32,000 bases of DNA from an uncultured Alphaproteobacteria bacterium. Lineage in GTDB: Bacteria > Pseudomonadota > Alphaproteobacteria > Acetobacterales > Acetobacteraceae. How positions within the stretch are numbered: position 1 is the stretch's first letter; the number at the start of each line of letters is the position of its first letter. The stretch covers positions 81,759 to 113,758 of the forward strand of contig CAVPTU010000036.1 of NCBI GenBank assembly GCA_963708565.1. Reading direction: 5' to 3'. Made by a program: the position numbers and the translations under genes. Below the pieces are notes generated by a model. The model was not told where the DNA came from and did not search any database. It saw nothing but the letters and a program-made list of their open reading frames with translations. Below, in pieces: positions 7,930-15,844 of this stretch.

Positions 7930-8406
7930 TCACCCGGTGGTGGGCGATGCAGGCGCCGAGGGCGGCCCGCTGGAGGTGGCAGCCGCGGCGATGATCTCGG
8001 CGAGCGTTGGCTGGCGCTCCGGGGCGCCCCGCAGGCCGAGCCGGCACACGAGACGGGCAATAGTGTTCGACCAAGCCAAATATTCCCGGCTCGCATGCGG
8101 GCTCAGTCCGCCATCCGCCATGGCTCGCTCGTCGATGCGAGCCAGATGAACCTGAAGCCACGCGATGCGGGCGATCACCAATTCCTGTGCGTGGCTCGGC
8201 GACCCACCGACATGGGCGATAAGCTGCCGGACCACCCGCCGATACATCTCGCCCTCACGCGACTTGCCGGCCGAAGCCCAACTCATGGGCAACCTGGAAA
8301 GATCCGTGCGTGGCCGCCGGGAAGGCGTGACGGTGCCCGGCCGGTGACGGTTGGGTCGGGATGCGGTTGCCGACTGTTCGGCTGCGGCTTCATAAACTGC
8401 TTCCAT
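7930..8406 (-). CDS. hypothetical protein, putative terminase small subunit (position-based)
   Basis: 158-aa ORF ending 3 nt before terL. Helical core ...SHAQELVIARIAWLQVHLARIDE...REYLAWSNTIARLVCRLGL. The functional call rests only on synteny. Confidence 0.45.
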   Translation of the reverse strand: MEAVYEAAAEQSATASRPNRHRPGTVTPSRRPRTDLSRLPMSWASAGKSREGEMYRRVVRQLIAHVGGSPSHAQELVIARIAWLQVHLARIDERAMADGGLSPHASREYLAWSNTIARLVCRLGLRGAPERQPTLAEIIAAAATSSGPPSAPASPTTG

Positions 8407-8736
8407 GTTGCCCTGACGTTGCCCGATAACCGATGCTCAACGCAATACTTCAATATTTACACGCTAGATCAGTAACTTATTATCTAGGAGCAAGCGGCCC
8501 TATACCGCTAGGCCGCACCTTTCTGGCGCCCGCAGGCCGAGCCGGGGAAGAACCCACGACGCGACGGAAGCATCGGACGCGAGGGGGTGTTCAGAGCGGC
8601 AGGCGGCATGGCAGCCATTGCGGTCAGTTTGCTGGGGCGTGACAAACTGGATTGCGCGTGAGGCGCATAGAAGCCGAGACGCGGAAATAGATAGAAAAGG
8701 TGTCTCCACTTGTCTGTATGTCATGCGCGCAATCCC

Positions 8737-8899
8737 GAATGTCACGTTACGGTATTGGAACGGGCACGAGAACGCGAGCTTTGGGCTGAAGCCCTAGGGG
8801 CCACTGGTCGAAAAACGAGGGCTGAAGGGCTACCGGCCGGCGGTAGAACCGGGTCGCTGTGTCAGGCAGCCCAAAACGGCTGTCACGAATGTCACGTTA
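8737..8899. repeat. two exact 13-nt direct repeats GAATGTCACGTTA inside a roughly 490-bp non-coding region
   Basis: Copies at 8737-8749 and 8887-8899; an extra TGTCACG at 8881-8887. GGGCTGAAG appears twice (8783, 8818). AT-rich palindrome CTAGAT-N12-ATCTAG at 8464-8487. No convincing ORF in 8407-8899. Confidence 0.5.
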
Positions 8900-10443
8900 T
8901 TACGATTTGGACACGGAATCGATCAGCATCTGGCGGAGAGTGGCGCGCCGGGCTGCTTCTTGCTTGGCTCGCTCGGCGAACTGGACGTGCACGGCTGGGT
9001 TGACTGCCCAGGCCATGGGGTTGAACTCGCGCTCGGGCGTCAGCCACCCGCCTGCGACGAGGGGTGAAAGGATGCGTTGCACCTCTTCAAGTGGTGCGCC
9101 GCGACAAGCGCGGACGTTATGCGCGAGGTCGGACGCGATGACACGGAGCTTCTGCTTGGTCAGCAGGTATCCTGCGACGCTGCGGGTGGCCTCTACATCG
9201 GCACCGGCGCCTCCCATGGCTGCGTAGACGCGGGCGGCGTTGGGCAGGACGCTGCCGAAGATCAGGTTGCTGGCGCTTTCGGCGGTCTCACGCCTGATGA
9301 TGAACGGGGCGTCTGCGGCTGGGTCGACGAAATTGAGGACGAGGCAGAGCCGCCCCCAGAGGCCGTGGAGTTTGCCGACGAAGCTGGCGAACCTGGCGCC
9401 GAGGGCTTCCGATTGCTCGATCTCAAACAGGCGCTGCTCGATTTCGTGACGGATGGCGTGGGCGGGTTGGGATAGTTCGATCTGCATCCGGCCATCGAGA
9501 ACTCGAACAGCCGGCCAACGAGTGCGGCGTAGTCCTTTGGGGCGGCTCCGGCGCGGTCGTCGTGACCCAGTTGGGCGGGGCCGACGATGATTGAAACGAA
9601 ACGCTGCCACAGGCCGTCGTCGGTTAAGTTTCCGAACTGCTTCATCCTGTCGGGTTGAATACCGCCTATGATGGTTGTCAGCAGGTTGGCTCATTCGACT
9701 GTGCCTCGGCCGATGCGATCGGCGATGTAGGGACCGCCGTTGAAGCTTTGGAGGTAGAAAGCGCGATCGACACCGCCGCCACGTGCGCCGCTGTATTTCT
9801 CAAGGCTGGCGATCCATCCGGCCAGTTCGTCCCGCAGTACGCCGATGCCGCGACTCTGGCGGCTAAGAATGTCTGCCAGCGCCTCGACAGTGCCATCGTG
9901 AGAAACGAGGCGGCGGATCGGTTTAGGTTCGATTGTATTGGCGCGTTCCTCTTTCGGGAGGGCTTTCCATCGGGCCAACTCGTCGCGCCACGCCGCGAGG
10001 TCTATTTCCTGTGCGTGGAGCAGAGGGCGCCACGCTGCGTCGATGATAGGCGTTTTTTTGCAGGATGGCGGCCCTATCAGGGCTAGCCAGATGCTCGGCG
10101 GCACGCTCCATGCGTCGTGCCGTTTCATCCGGAGGCGAAGGGCGCCGTGGATTGCGCTACTGCACGCCGTGATCGCTGACCAGGCGATCGCGCACGGGTC
10201 GGCACCGATTATGCTGGCCCTATCGTCGACGAACTCTTGGAGGACCGTTGGCAGGGCATGGATTGGGAACGGCACGGGTTGCAGTACGTGCCATGGATCG
10301 AAAACCTGTAGTAGCACCTCAGAGGAATCCGAGGCCTTTGAACCTCCCTTCCCCTGTTGATCAGAAATCGGCGTCATGCGCGCCGCTCCCGTTGCTCTTG
10401 GGATTTGGCCTCTCCTCCAATTCAATCGGTTCGGCCCGGCCAT
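8900..10443 (-). pseudogene. DUF3987-type (P4 alpha / YfjI-like) helicase-like replication protein, disrupted
   Basis: ORFs 9691..10443, 9262..9645 and 8900..9694 are pieces of one gene. The sequence RIGRGTVE-TGA-ANLLTTIIGGIQPDRMKQFGNLTDDGLWQRF stays in a single frame (stop at 9693-9691). A frameshift near 9480-9500 then joins to ...IELSQPAHAIRHEIEQRLF... P-loop-like LIGPPSCKKTP. Likely true start ATG 10377 (GGGAG upstream). Confidence 0.8.
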
Positions 10444-11326
10444 GCCGCAGTCCGTCCAGCGCTGTCCGTTGGGCGTTGTCCCAATCCTTCACACCGTCTG
10501 GCAGCGCCTTGATGAGCCAATCGACGGCGTTGACCTCGGAGATGCCGGCCTTATCCATGATGCCGCCGAGGCTGCGTGCGTTGTCGCGCAACGTGTCGTG
10601 CTTCTGCCCTTCGGGTGCTGCACGGATGTTGGCAAGCAGCGAGTTGACGAAACCCCTATACCTACGTTCCCACTGCTCAGACGACTGCTGCACGTGTGAC
10701 GTTTCAAATCTAGGCTTTGCCTTCGTCGGCTTCTCAATTGCGACGGCGTCCAGCTCCTCGAGCAGATCAATCGGGGTGCCTTCAATTAGTTCCGCCAGAT
10801 GCGACGGATTTTGGTTGACTGATCCGAAGTAGTAGCTCTGTGAGACGGTCCAACTTTCGTTGCTGAAAATACCCCCGAAGACACCATTGAGACGGGCAAG
10901 GAATAGCGCCCGCTTGTTGGGCGTGTGTTCTCGGCTAAATGGACAGATGACGCGCCATCGCGGGGCGTCTTCGGTATGGCTCGGTGACGTATAAACGATG
11001 CAGAGGATGCGAGCGAGCGTAGCCCTCTCTACAGCCTCTCGAAAGGTCATAAGCTCCGCGTCATAGTCTGCTTCCAGACCGTAGACGGCCAAGACGTTCC
11101 CATTGTGCCTCAGTGAATTTCGCCGCGTCCGTAGATCGCCGAAGCGCGCAAGTTTCAGCCAACGTAAATCTTCTTTCCGCGGACCGTCCGTGGTTAAGAT
11201 TAGCTCGACCAATTGGGGCAGTGTGTAGGCGCATTCTGTTTTGGTTGTCGCGAATTCATCGGCGAACAAAGTTAGCGCGACGCTGTAGGGTGCAGCATGA
11301 TTGGCGATACCGGCTGCTGCGCTCAT
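10361..11326 (-). CDS. putative archaeo-eukaryotic-primase-like replication protein with a PriCT-like C-terminal region
   Basis: 321 aa. Acidic motif GLEADYD, YTSPSH and PRWRVICP resemble AEP motifs I-III. C-terminal GQKHDTLRDNARSLGG resembles PriCT. Motif-level inference only. Confidence 0.6.
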   Translation of the reverse strand: MSAAAGIANHAAPYSVALTLFADEFATTKTECAYTLPQLVELILTTDGPRKEDLRWLKLARFGDLRTRRNSLRHNGNVLAVYGLEADYDAELMTFREAVERATLARILCIVYTSPSHTEDAPRWRVICPFSREHTPNKRALFLARLNGVFGGIFSNESWTVSQSYYFGSVNQNPSHLAELIEGTPIDLLEELDAVAIEKPTKAKPRFETSHVQQSSEQWERRYRGFVNSLLANIRAAPEGQKHDTLRDNARSLGGIMDKAGISEVNAVDWLIKALPDGVKDWDNAQRTALDGLRHGRAEPIELEERPNPKSNGSGAHDADF

Positions 11327-11676
11327 TCGACGTGTTCCCCGAGCACGCGCTCGGCGATTTCATCGAGAATGTATCGTTGTTTTGAGCTGATCCTGCGAAA
11401 GTTCGGAAGATCGGCGACGAACCTGCGCTCCCAGGGTCGAAGATCACCGGGGCGCCTTGCTAGCTCAGCACACGTTGCGCGCCACTTCGAACGTAGCGGT
11501 TCGCGATGCGGTGGTGACGGCAGCGCGAGAACTTCGCACCAGCGCAAGCCATGTCGATCGAGTAATCGGCTAGCGGCCGCTATGGCGGCGTCGCGCTCAC
11601 CTGCATGATCGCTGCCGACGAGCGCGAGCAACTTCGCCAACTTTGCGCGCTCCGCAGTCGGCAGTGCGGCGGTCAA
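11323..11676 (-). CDS. hypothetical protein, DUF2786-like N-terminus
   Basis: ERAKLAKLLALVGSDHAGERDAAIAAASRLLDRHGLRW. I prefer the TTG start at 11676, which overlaps the upstream TGA (TTGA) and has GGGGA upstream. The track start at 11775 would overlap the previous gene by 100 nt. Confidence 0.55.
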   Translation of the reverse strand: MTAALPTAERAKLAKLLALVGSDHAGERDAAIAAASRLLDRHGLRWCEVLALPSPPHREPLRSKWRATCAELARRPGDLRPWERRFVADLPNFRRISSKQRYILDEIAERVLGEHVE

Positions 11677-12161
11677 TGAACTGTCCCCGGCCGTCCCGGG
11701 ATGGGGCGCGGGCCATCGGTTGGGCGAATGAGCAACATCGTCCGGCTGCCGAGAAAAGCCGCCCATTGCTCGCACCGCGCGCTGCTCGTCTCAATGAACG
11801 CGAGCCGCTTCAGCAGCAACGTCGCAGCAACAGCGTGCCGGTAATGGAATAACTCGCCCTTCGCGCCGTGAACGACTGCGCCAGCGCACCAAAACCTAAG
11901 CCGCCGCGCGCAGGCCCATTCCTCGGGCGACGGGTCTGGGAAGCCGAAACCTAGATCGCCGCCGACGAGGAAGCAGGTGGGCCGCCAGCTCGAGCGCTCC
12001 ACCATTCGCGCGGGCCACGACGTTCCAGGATCGTCGATCCGAAACAGCGCGATTTGGCCATCGGCAGCCGCGCGGAAAAGCGGCTGTTGGACGAGGCCTA
12101 GACGGGCCGCCCTGTCGCAGAGCCGCTCGAGTTGTTCTCGCTTCGTGATTTCAAAAGCCAT
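11673..12161 (-). CDS. hypothetical protein
   Basis: 162-aa ORF with protein-like composition, in the int-proximal early region. Confidence 0.6.
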   Translation of the reverse strand: MAFEITKREQLERLCDRAARLGLVQQPLFRAAADGQIALFRIDDPGTSWPARMVERSSWRPTCFLVGGDLGFGFPDPSPEEWACARRLRFWCAGAVVHGAKGELFHYRHAVAATLLLKRLAFIETSSARCEQWAAFLGSRTMLLIRPTDGPRPIPGRPGTVH

Positions 12162-12250
12162 CTTGCGCGTCCGTTGGGGACGCAGGCTTGCGGTGGGCTC
12201 AGCGGGAAGCTATTTCTTGGATGCCCCCAAGAGATCGTTTCCCGCCGCAG

Positions 12251-12277
12251 CCCCCGGCACGCGCCCGCGTCCGGGGG
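12251..12277. promoter_or_regulatory. GC-rich inverted repeat just downstream of the AlpA-like gene
   Basis: CCCCCGGCACGCG-CCC-GCGTCCGGGGG, about 12 bp of stem with one bulge. Sits 5 nt after the minus-strand stop at 12283. No U-tract on the minus strand. Confidence 0.3.
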
Positions 12278-12282
12278 TTTGC

Positions 12283-12513
12283 TCATGCGGCCTGCGGCTC
12301 ACGGCGCATCGCGGCGCGCTGCTCGATCCAGGCGTCAATTTCGTGTTCGAGCCAGGCGATCGACGGCATCGTCGTTCGGTCGTCCAGCGGAATGGGCCGC
12401 GGGAATGTTCCCTCCGCAACCTTTCGGCGCAGCTGCTGCCTCGAATAGGTAATCCCTTTATCGGGAAGAAGCCGCGAGTAGCGGATCAACCTCGGGGAGC
12501 GACTGTCACTCAT
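12283..12513 (-). CDS. AlpA-family DNA-binding protein (excisionase / prophage regulator type)
   Basis: 76 aa: LIRYSRLLPDKGITYSRQQLRRKVAEGTFPRPIPLDDRTTMPSIAWLEHEIDAWIEQR. Size, HTH pattern and position next to int are typical of this family. Confidence 0.8.
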   Translation of the reverse strand: MSDSRSPRLIRYSRLLPDKGITYSRQQLRRKVAEGTFPRPIPLDDRTTMPSIAWLEHEIDAWIEQRAAMRREPQAA

Positions 12514-12612
12514 CTTGCCTGTCCACCCATGTTGCGCTTTGGTGCGCCACGATTTAGTGGGAGAGGCGTAGCTGTTGCCACCAACGAATAAGGTAGAATT
12601 GCACCACGTTGG

Positions 12613-13098
12613 CTAGCGCGGTTCGCGTCTTCTCTTCGATCCGAGCGCAGCGGTGTCGGTATACGACATGATCGACACTTTCTTGCAGATGGCTCTTGCT
12701 CGGTTCTCAGCACTATCGGGAAGGTGCAGCGCCTTGAACACCGCCGCCACAAAGTCGAAGAAGTCCCCGTAAGGCTGCTTCGTTTCTGGATCAGTGCTAA
12801 CCTTGGCCGAGCGGCCAGTTATCCTTTCGAAGTGCAATCGGCAAATGAGCGCCACAGTATCGCCTTCGATGGCTCGCGGCCGGCCTCGCTTCGCTTCTCG
12901 TTTGCGTCCGGCGAGACGGAACCATGCCGGCGGATGTGCTGTTTCGCGGGATAGTCCCACCAGGTCGTGTAATGCCGTTGCCTTTGCGGTCTGGGTCACT
13001 CCGGGGAGCTTCCCAAGCGCTTCTTGTACAGCGTCGATCAACTCGCCCGCCGAGCGAACGGGCGGCGCGTATTCGATGCGCTTGGTTCGCCTACCCAA
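12613..13098 (-). CDS. hypothetical protein
   Basis: 161-aa ORF between int and the AlpA-like gene, with protein-like composition. Confidence 0.55.
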   Translation of the reverse strand: MGRRTKRIEYAPPVRSAGELIDAVQEALGKLPGVTQTAKATALHDLVGLSRETAHPPAWFRLAGRKREAKRGRPRAIEGDTVALICRLHFERITGRSAKVSTDPETKQPYGDFFDFVAAVFKALHLPDSAENRARAICKKVSIMSYTDTAALGSKRRREPR

Positions 13099-13146
13099 CG
13101 GGCTTCGTCCGTCGCCGCCGTCCCGGCCAGCGGCGGCTCCCGCGCC

Positions 13147-14457
13147 TCATGGAACGCCCTGCCGGACCATCTGCACCACGTTCTCACCGGCTGGCGTGCG
13201 CGGTGTCAGGATGCCGCGCAAACGCGCCTCCCAAAGCCGTAGGCACTCGGCCTTCTCAGCCACATACGAAAACTGGTCGTAAACCCGATGCAAACCCGGC
13301 CGCGCATGGGCAATCACCAGTTCACGCACAAGGTCCTGCACGGGCAATGCCGAAAAGTGCGTCCGCGCGGTTCGGCGAATGTCATGCAGCACCCAACCCT
13401 CAACGCCGCTCAGTGCATCGAGACGTTCCTTAGCTCGGCTGAAGCCGTTGACTGGCTTGGCGCCATCGGTCGTGCTGAAGACAAAGTCGCCAGCGCCGAA
13501 CCTTGGCAGCGATTGCAACAGGCCCAGGGCATCGTCCGCCAATGGCACGACATGCGGCCGGTCGCTCTTCATACGCGTGAGGGGAATGGTCCACACCCGA
13601 TTGGCGAAATCGACCTCGCTCCACGTCATCTCGGCGATCTCGCGCTCACGCTGTCCGGTCAGGACCATCAACCGGATGAGCGGGCCATAGGGGAATCCGA
13701 GCGCAGCACCGCGGTCGCGCTTGCCATCGCGCCGGCGGCCCTCTGCCAGCGCGGTCGCATCCGCCACGCCGTCTGCCGCCTGCCATACTGCCCGCAACTC
13801 CTGGTCGGTCAGCACGCGCTCGCGGATAACCTTCGGGCCAATCAGGTCTTTCGGTCGCAGCGACTTGCAGGGGTTGGTGGCGAGGCCAAAGCCGCCCGAA
13901 CCGATCGCCCACGAATAAGCCCGGCTCAGATGTCCGAACCGATTGCGCGCCTCCGCGGGTGTCGCTTTGGCGATCACGCGAATGTGCGCGCCGATCTCCA
14001 TCGGCTCGATCTCGCTGGCCGGCCGCCCGCCCCACGCCTTGACGAAGGCGGCACCGGCACGGGCGGCTTCGTCGGCCTTGGCTAGCTTGCAGGCCTCCTG
14101 GCCATAGTAGGCGGCCCACAGTGCCGCAAAGGTCGCGTCCTGCGCCCTGCGCGCCTTGGCGGCCTCGCGGGCCTCCTGCACTTTCGGGTCGATCCCCTTG
14201 CTGATCAGACCGAGCCACACGCGCGCCTTGTTGCGCGCCTCCTCGAGCGTGATCACGCCATGATCGCCCAACGCCCGCCGAGTCGGATTTTTCGGGTTGA
14301 GCGGGTAGCGCGCGATCAGGACGAAGCTCTTGTGACCGGTGTCAGTCACCCGCAGCGCCATCCCAGGCACCAACGCGTCCGGGTAATCCACCCTGCCCTT
14401 TTGCGGCCGGCGCTTGTCCGAGCCGACGAACCGATCCGTAAGCGTAATTCTGGCCAT
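13147..14457 (-). CDS. int: tyrosine recombinase / phage integrase (P4-type with N-terminal DUF4102-like arm-binding domain)
   Basis: MARITLTDRFV...YPDALVPGMALRVTDTGHKSFVL N-terminal domain. Catalytic region ...LHDIRRTARTHF...AHARPGLHRVYDQFSY. Start ATG 14457 has GAGGAGA upstream; the track start 14541 runs through the repeat array. Confidence 0.9.
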   Translation of the reverse strand: MARITLTDRFVGSDKRRPQKGRVDYPDALVPGMALRVTDTGHKSFVLIARYPLNPKNPTRRALGDHGVITLEEARNKARVWLGLISKGIDPKVQEAREAAKARRAQDATFAALWAAYYGQEACKLAKADEAARAGAAFVKAWGGRPASEIEPMEIGAHIRVIAKATPAEARNRFGHLSRAYSWAIGSGGFGLATNPCKSLRPKDLIGPKVIRERVLTDQELRAVWQAADGVADATALAEGRRRDGKRDRGAALGFPYGPLIRLMVLTGQREREIAEMTWSEVDFANRVWTIPLTRMKSDRPHVVPLADDALGLLQSLPRFGAGDFVFSTTDGAKPVNGFSRAKERLDALSGVEGWVLHDIRRTARTHFSALPVQDLVRELVIAHARPGLHRVYDQFSYVAEKAECLRLWEARLRGILTPRTPAGENVVQMVRQGVP

Positions 14458-14474
14458 TGACCGCCTGCTCTCCT

Positions 14475-14604
14475 CGGGGCAACACCGGGGCAACAGAAAA
14501 GCGCGTCTCACGGTGTTGCCCCGTGTTGCACGGTGTCGCATAGATCATCCCAGAAAACAACGGTTTATGTAGGGACCAAGCGGGAAAATGTTGCCCCGCG
14601 TTGC
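14475..14604. promoter_or_regulatory. array of TGTTGC-type repeats between int and the tRNA fragment (candidate arm-type recombinase sites / int control region)
   Basis: GGGGCAACA at 14476-14484 and 14487-14495. Its complement TGTTGCCCC at 14514-14522 and 14589-14597. Three tandem decamers CGGTGTTGCC / CCGTGTTGCA / CGGTGTCGCA at 14511-14540. CGTTGC at 14599-14604. Confidence 0.45.
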
Positions 14605-14620
14605 TCTATGGATCGACTGA

Positions 14621-14673
14621 TGGAGCGGCTGTTAACCGCTGGGTCGTAGGTTCGAGTCCTACTCCGGGAGCCA
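14621..14673 (+). tRNA. 3'-terminal fragment of tRNA-Asn(GUU), not a complete gene; attR-like junction of the integrated element
   Basis: Anticodon stem AGCGG/CCGCT with loop CTGTTAA (GTT at 14631-14633). Variable GGGTC, T arm GTAGG-TTCGAGT-CCTAC, acceptor 3' strand TCCGGGA, then G-CCA (14670-14673). No D arm and no complementary 5' acceptor strand (TCCCGGA) upstream. Confidence 0.7.
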
Positions 14674-14833
14674 GTTCCATCAAGCATTTACAGCCACATC
14701 CCGCTTGACGGTCTCGCCGCGGAACTCACATGCGCGTGCGGGGCGTGCCGCGTCGCGTCATATGATGCCTGCATCACGCCGGTCTGACGGATGCCGCGGA
14801 AGCTTACCCCGGCATCACATCGGGGAGACGATC

Positions 14834-15037
14834 ATGAACACGCTTCTTGCCTGGATCGAGACGCGCGGTCCCGACGAGTTCGCGGCGGCGTTCGTATCCA
14901 AGGCAACAGCATCGGAACGCCCGCCTGTCATTCGTCGGTGTCGTTCGCCGGAGGAAGCAAGAGAGTGGGTCAAACGCGAAGCCGAAGCTTTGGGCGTCCC
15001 GGTGGAATGGACTGACCGTTCGCCGCCCCTGCACTGA
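14834..15037 (+). CDS. small hypothetical protein
   Basis: ATG 14834 preceded by GGGGAGA: MNTLLAWIETRGPDEFAAAFVSKATASERPPVIRRCRSPEEAREWVKREAEALGVPVEWTDRSPPLH. Confidence 0.5.
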   Translation: MNTLLAWIETRGPDEFAAAFVSKATASERPPVIRRCRSPEEAREWVKREAEALGVPVEWTDRSPPLH

Positions 15038-15282
15038 AGCAGAGACACGGTCCGGCGCGGCAGCGAACCGCCCCGGTCGGGGAACAGGGACGGTTCACCG
15101 CGGCACCGCTGCCCAGGAATGTCCGGGCGACCGCAATTGTGCCGCCGCCGCCGTTGGAGTGATGCGAGCGGGCTGTGACCCGGCCATCATTTTTGCCCGT
15201 GACATCGTATTGTCACGGCCAGGCGGCATCCAGCACGCCCTTCGATGTGGTCCGCACGAGGCGCGGTTCGCTCGGTGTCCGA

Positions 15283-15510
15283 CTACCCGTTGGGCTTGTC
15301 GTTCTCCGCGGGCGGCCAAAGCCAGGTGCCGTGGGTTGCGTTTTCGATTGCCTGCGGGCTGGCACGCGCGGTCGGTGCGTTGGTGTGGTTGGCATCGTGA
15401 TAGCGGTACCCGGGTACCACCGCACTCTCATTGGACGCGCCGAGGTCTGGTGCGCAGCCCGAGAGCGCGATCCCGAGAACGAAGCCCCGCAGCAGATGGC
15501 TCCAGTCCAT
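15283..15510 (-). CDS. small putative lipoprotein
   Basis: ATG 15510 with GGGAGA upstream. MDWSHLLRGFVLGIALSGC carries a lipobox (LSGC). 75 aa. It is the in-frame tail of the implausibly long ORF 15283..15936. Confidence 0.55.
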   Translation of the reverse strand: MDWSHLLRGFVLGIALSGCAPDLGASNESAVVPGYRYHDANHTNAPTARASPQAIENATHGTWLWPPAENDKPNG

Positions 15511-15844
15511 CACGTTTCTCCCGTCGGGAAGCGCCACGAAATAGCCGCCCCGGCGAAGCGGGGCCGCCGGCACACAATGGGCAAGCCTGCGCAGGCTACT
15601 CTCCCTGACCAGCCTATGGAAGCGAACCCACCCCCACGCTGCCTGACCGGCGCAACCGGATAGCGCGGTTGCGGATCGTTGCGTTCGATGCCTATCGTGC
15701 CCAGGCCGTCGCTCCGGCGCGCTCATCGGGGGAAAACGAGGTTCAAACACCATGCTCAGCATGTCGGACCGCGCACATCCGCTGCGCCGCAAACCACAGG
15801 CAGGTCCTGCCCACTCGGCCAACATCGGCCTTAAGAGCCGCTCA

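Larger units (their letters stand above)
1..14673. mobile_element. integrated P4/PICI-like element (cryptic prophage or phage satellite), right end at the tRNA-Asn fragment; left end outside the window or undefined
   Basis: Contains int, an AlpA-like gene, primase, DUF3987, terS-like and terL modules, all on the minus strand, ending at a tRNA 3' fragment. No copy of the att core was seen elsewhere in the window. Whether 1-3500 belongs to the element is uncertain. Confidence 0.65.

Noticed and set aside
9691-9693. In-frame TGA of the DUF3987 gene as selenocysteine or programmed readthrough
   Set aside because: No SECIS-like hairpin is evident immediately downstream, and this family has no precedent for recoding. 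The same gene also carries a frameshift, so a nonsense mutation is more parsimonious.
12573-12579. An extra TGTTGCC copy upstream of the AlpA-like gene as part of the integrase-site array
   Set aside because: A single 7-mer is expected by chance several times in 32 kb on two strands, so it is not significant on its own.
14458-14541. Longest-ORF N-terminal extensions: int to 14541, pstS to 15752, phnJ to 21550, phnL to 22932, phnN to 26617, and the lipoprotein to 15936
   Set aside because: Internal starts have Shine-Dalgarno sequences, ATGA coupling or signal peptides. They also give lengths matching family norms. The extensions encode low-complexity sequence or overlap upstream genes or repeats.
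14599-14673. A complete 75-nt tRNA-Asn gene
   Set aside because: The would-be 5' acceptor strand (CGTTGCT) cannot pair with TCCGGGA, and no D stem or loop can be drawn. Only the anticodon arm onward is tRNA-like.
15511-15844. Pho box upstream of pstS, and an operator role for the inverted repeat CGCAACCG-N7-CGGTTGCG at 15651-15673
   Set aside because: No CTGTCAT-type direct repeats were found. The inverted repeat is real, but I have no basis to assign it a function, so it is not reported as a feature.
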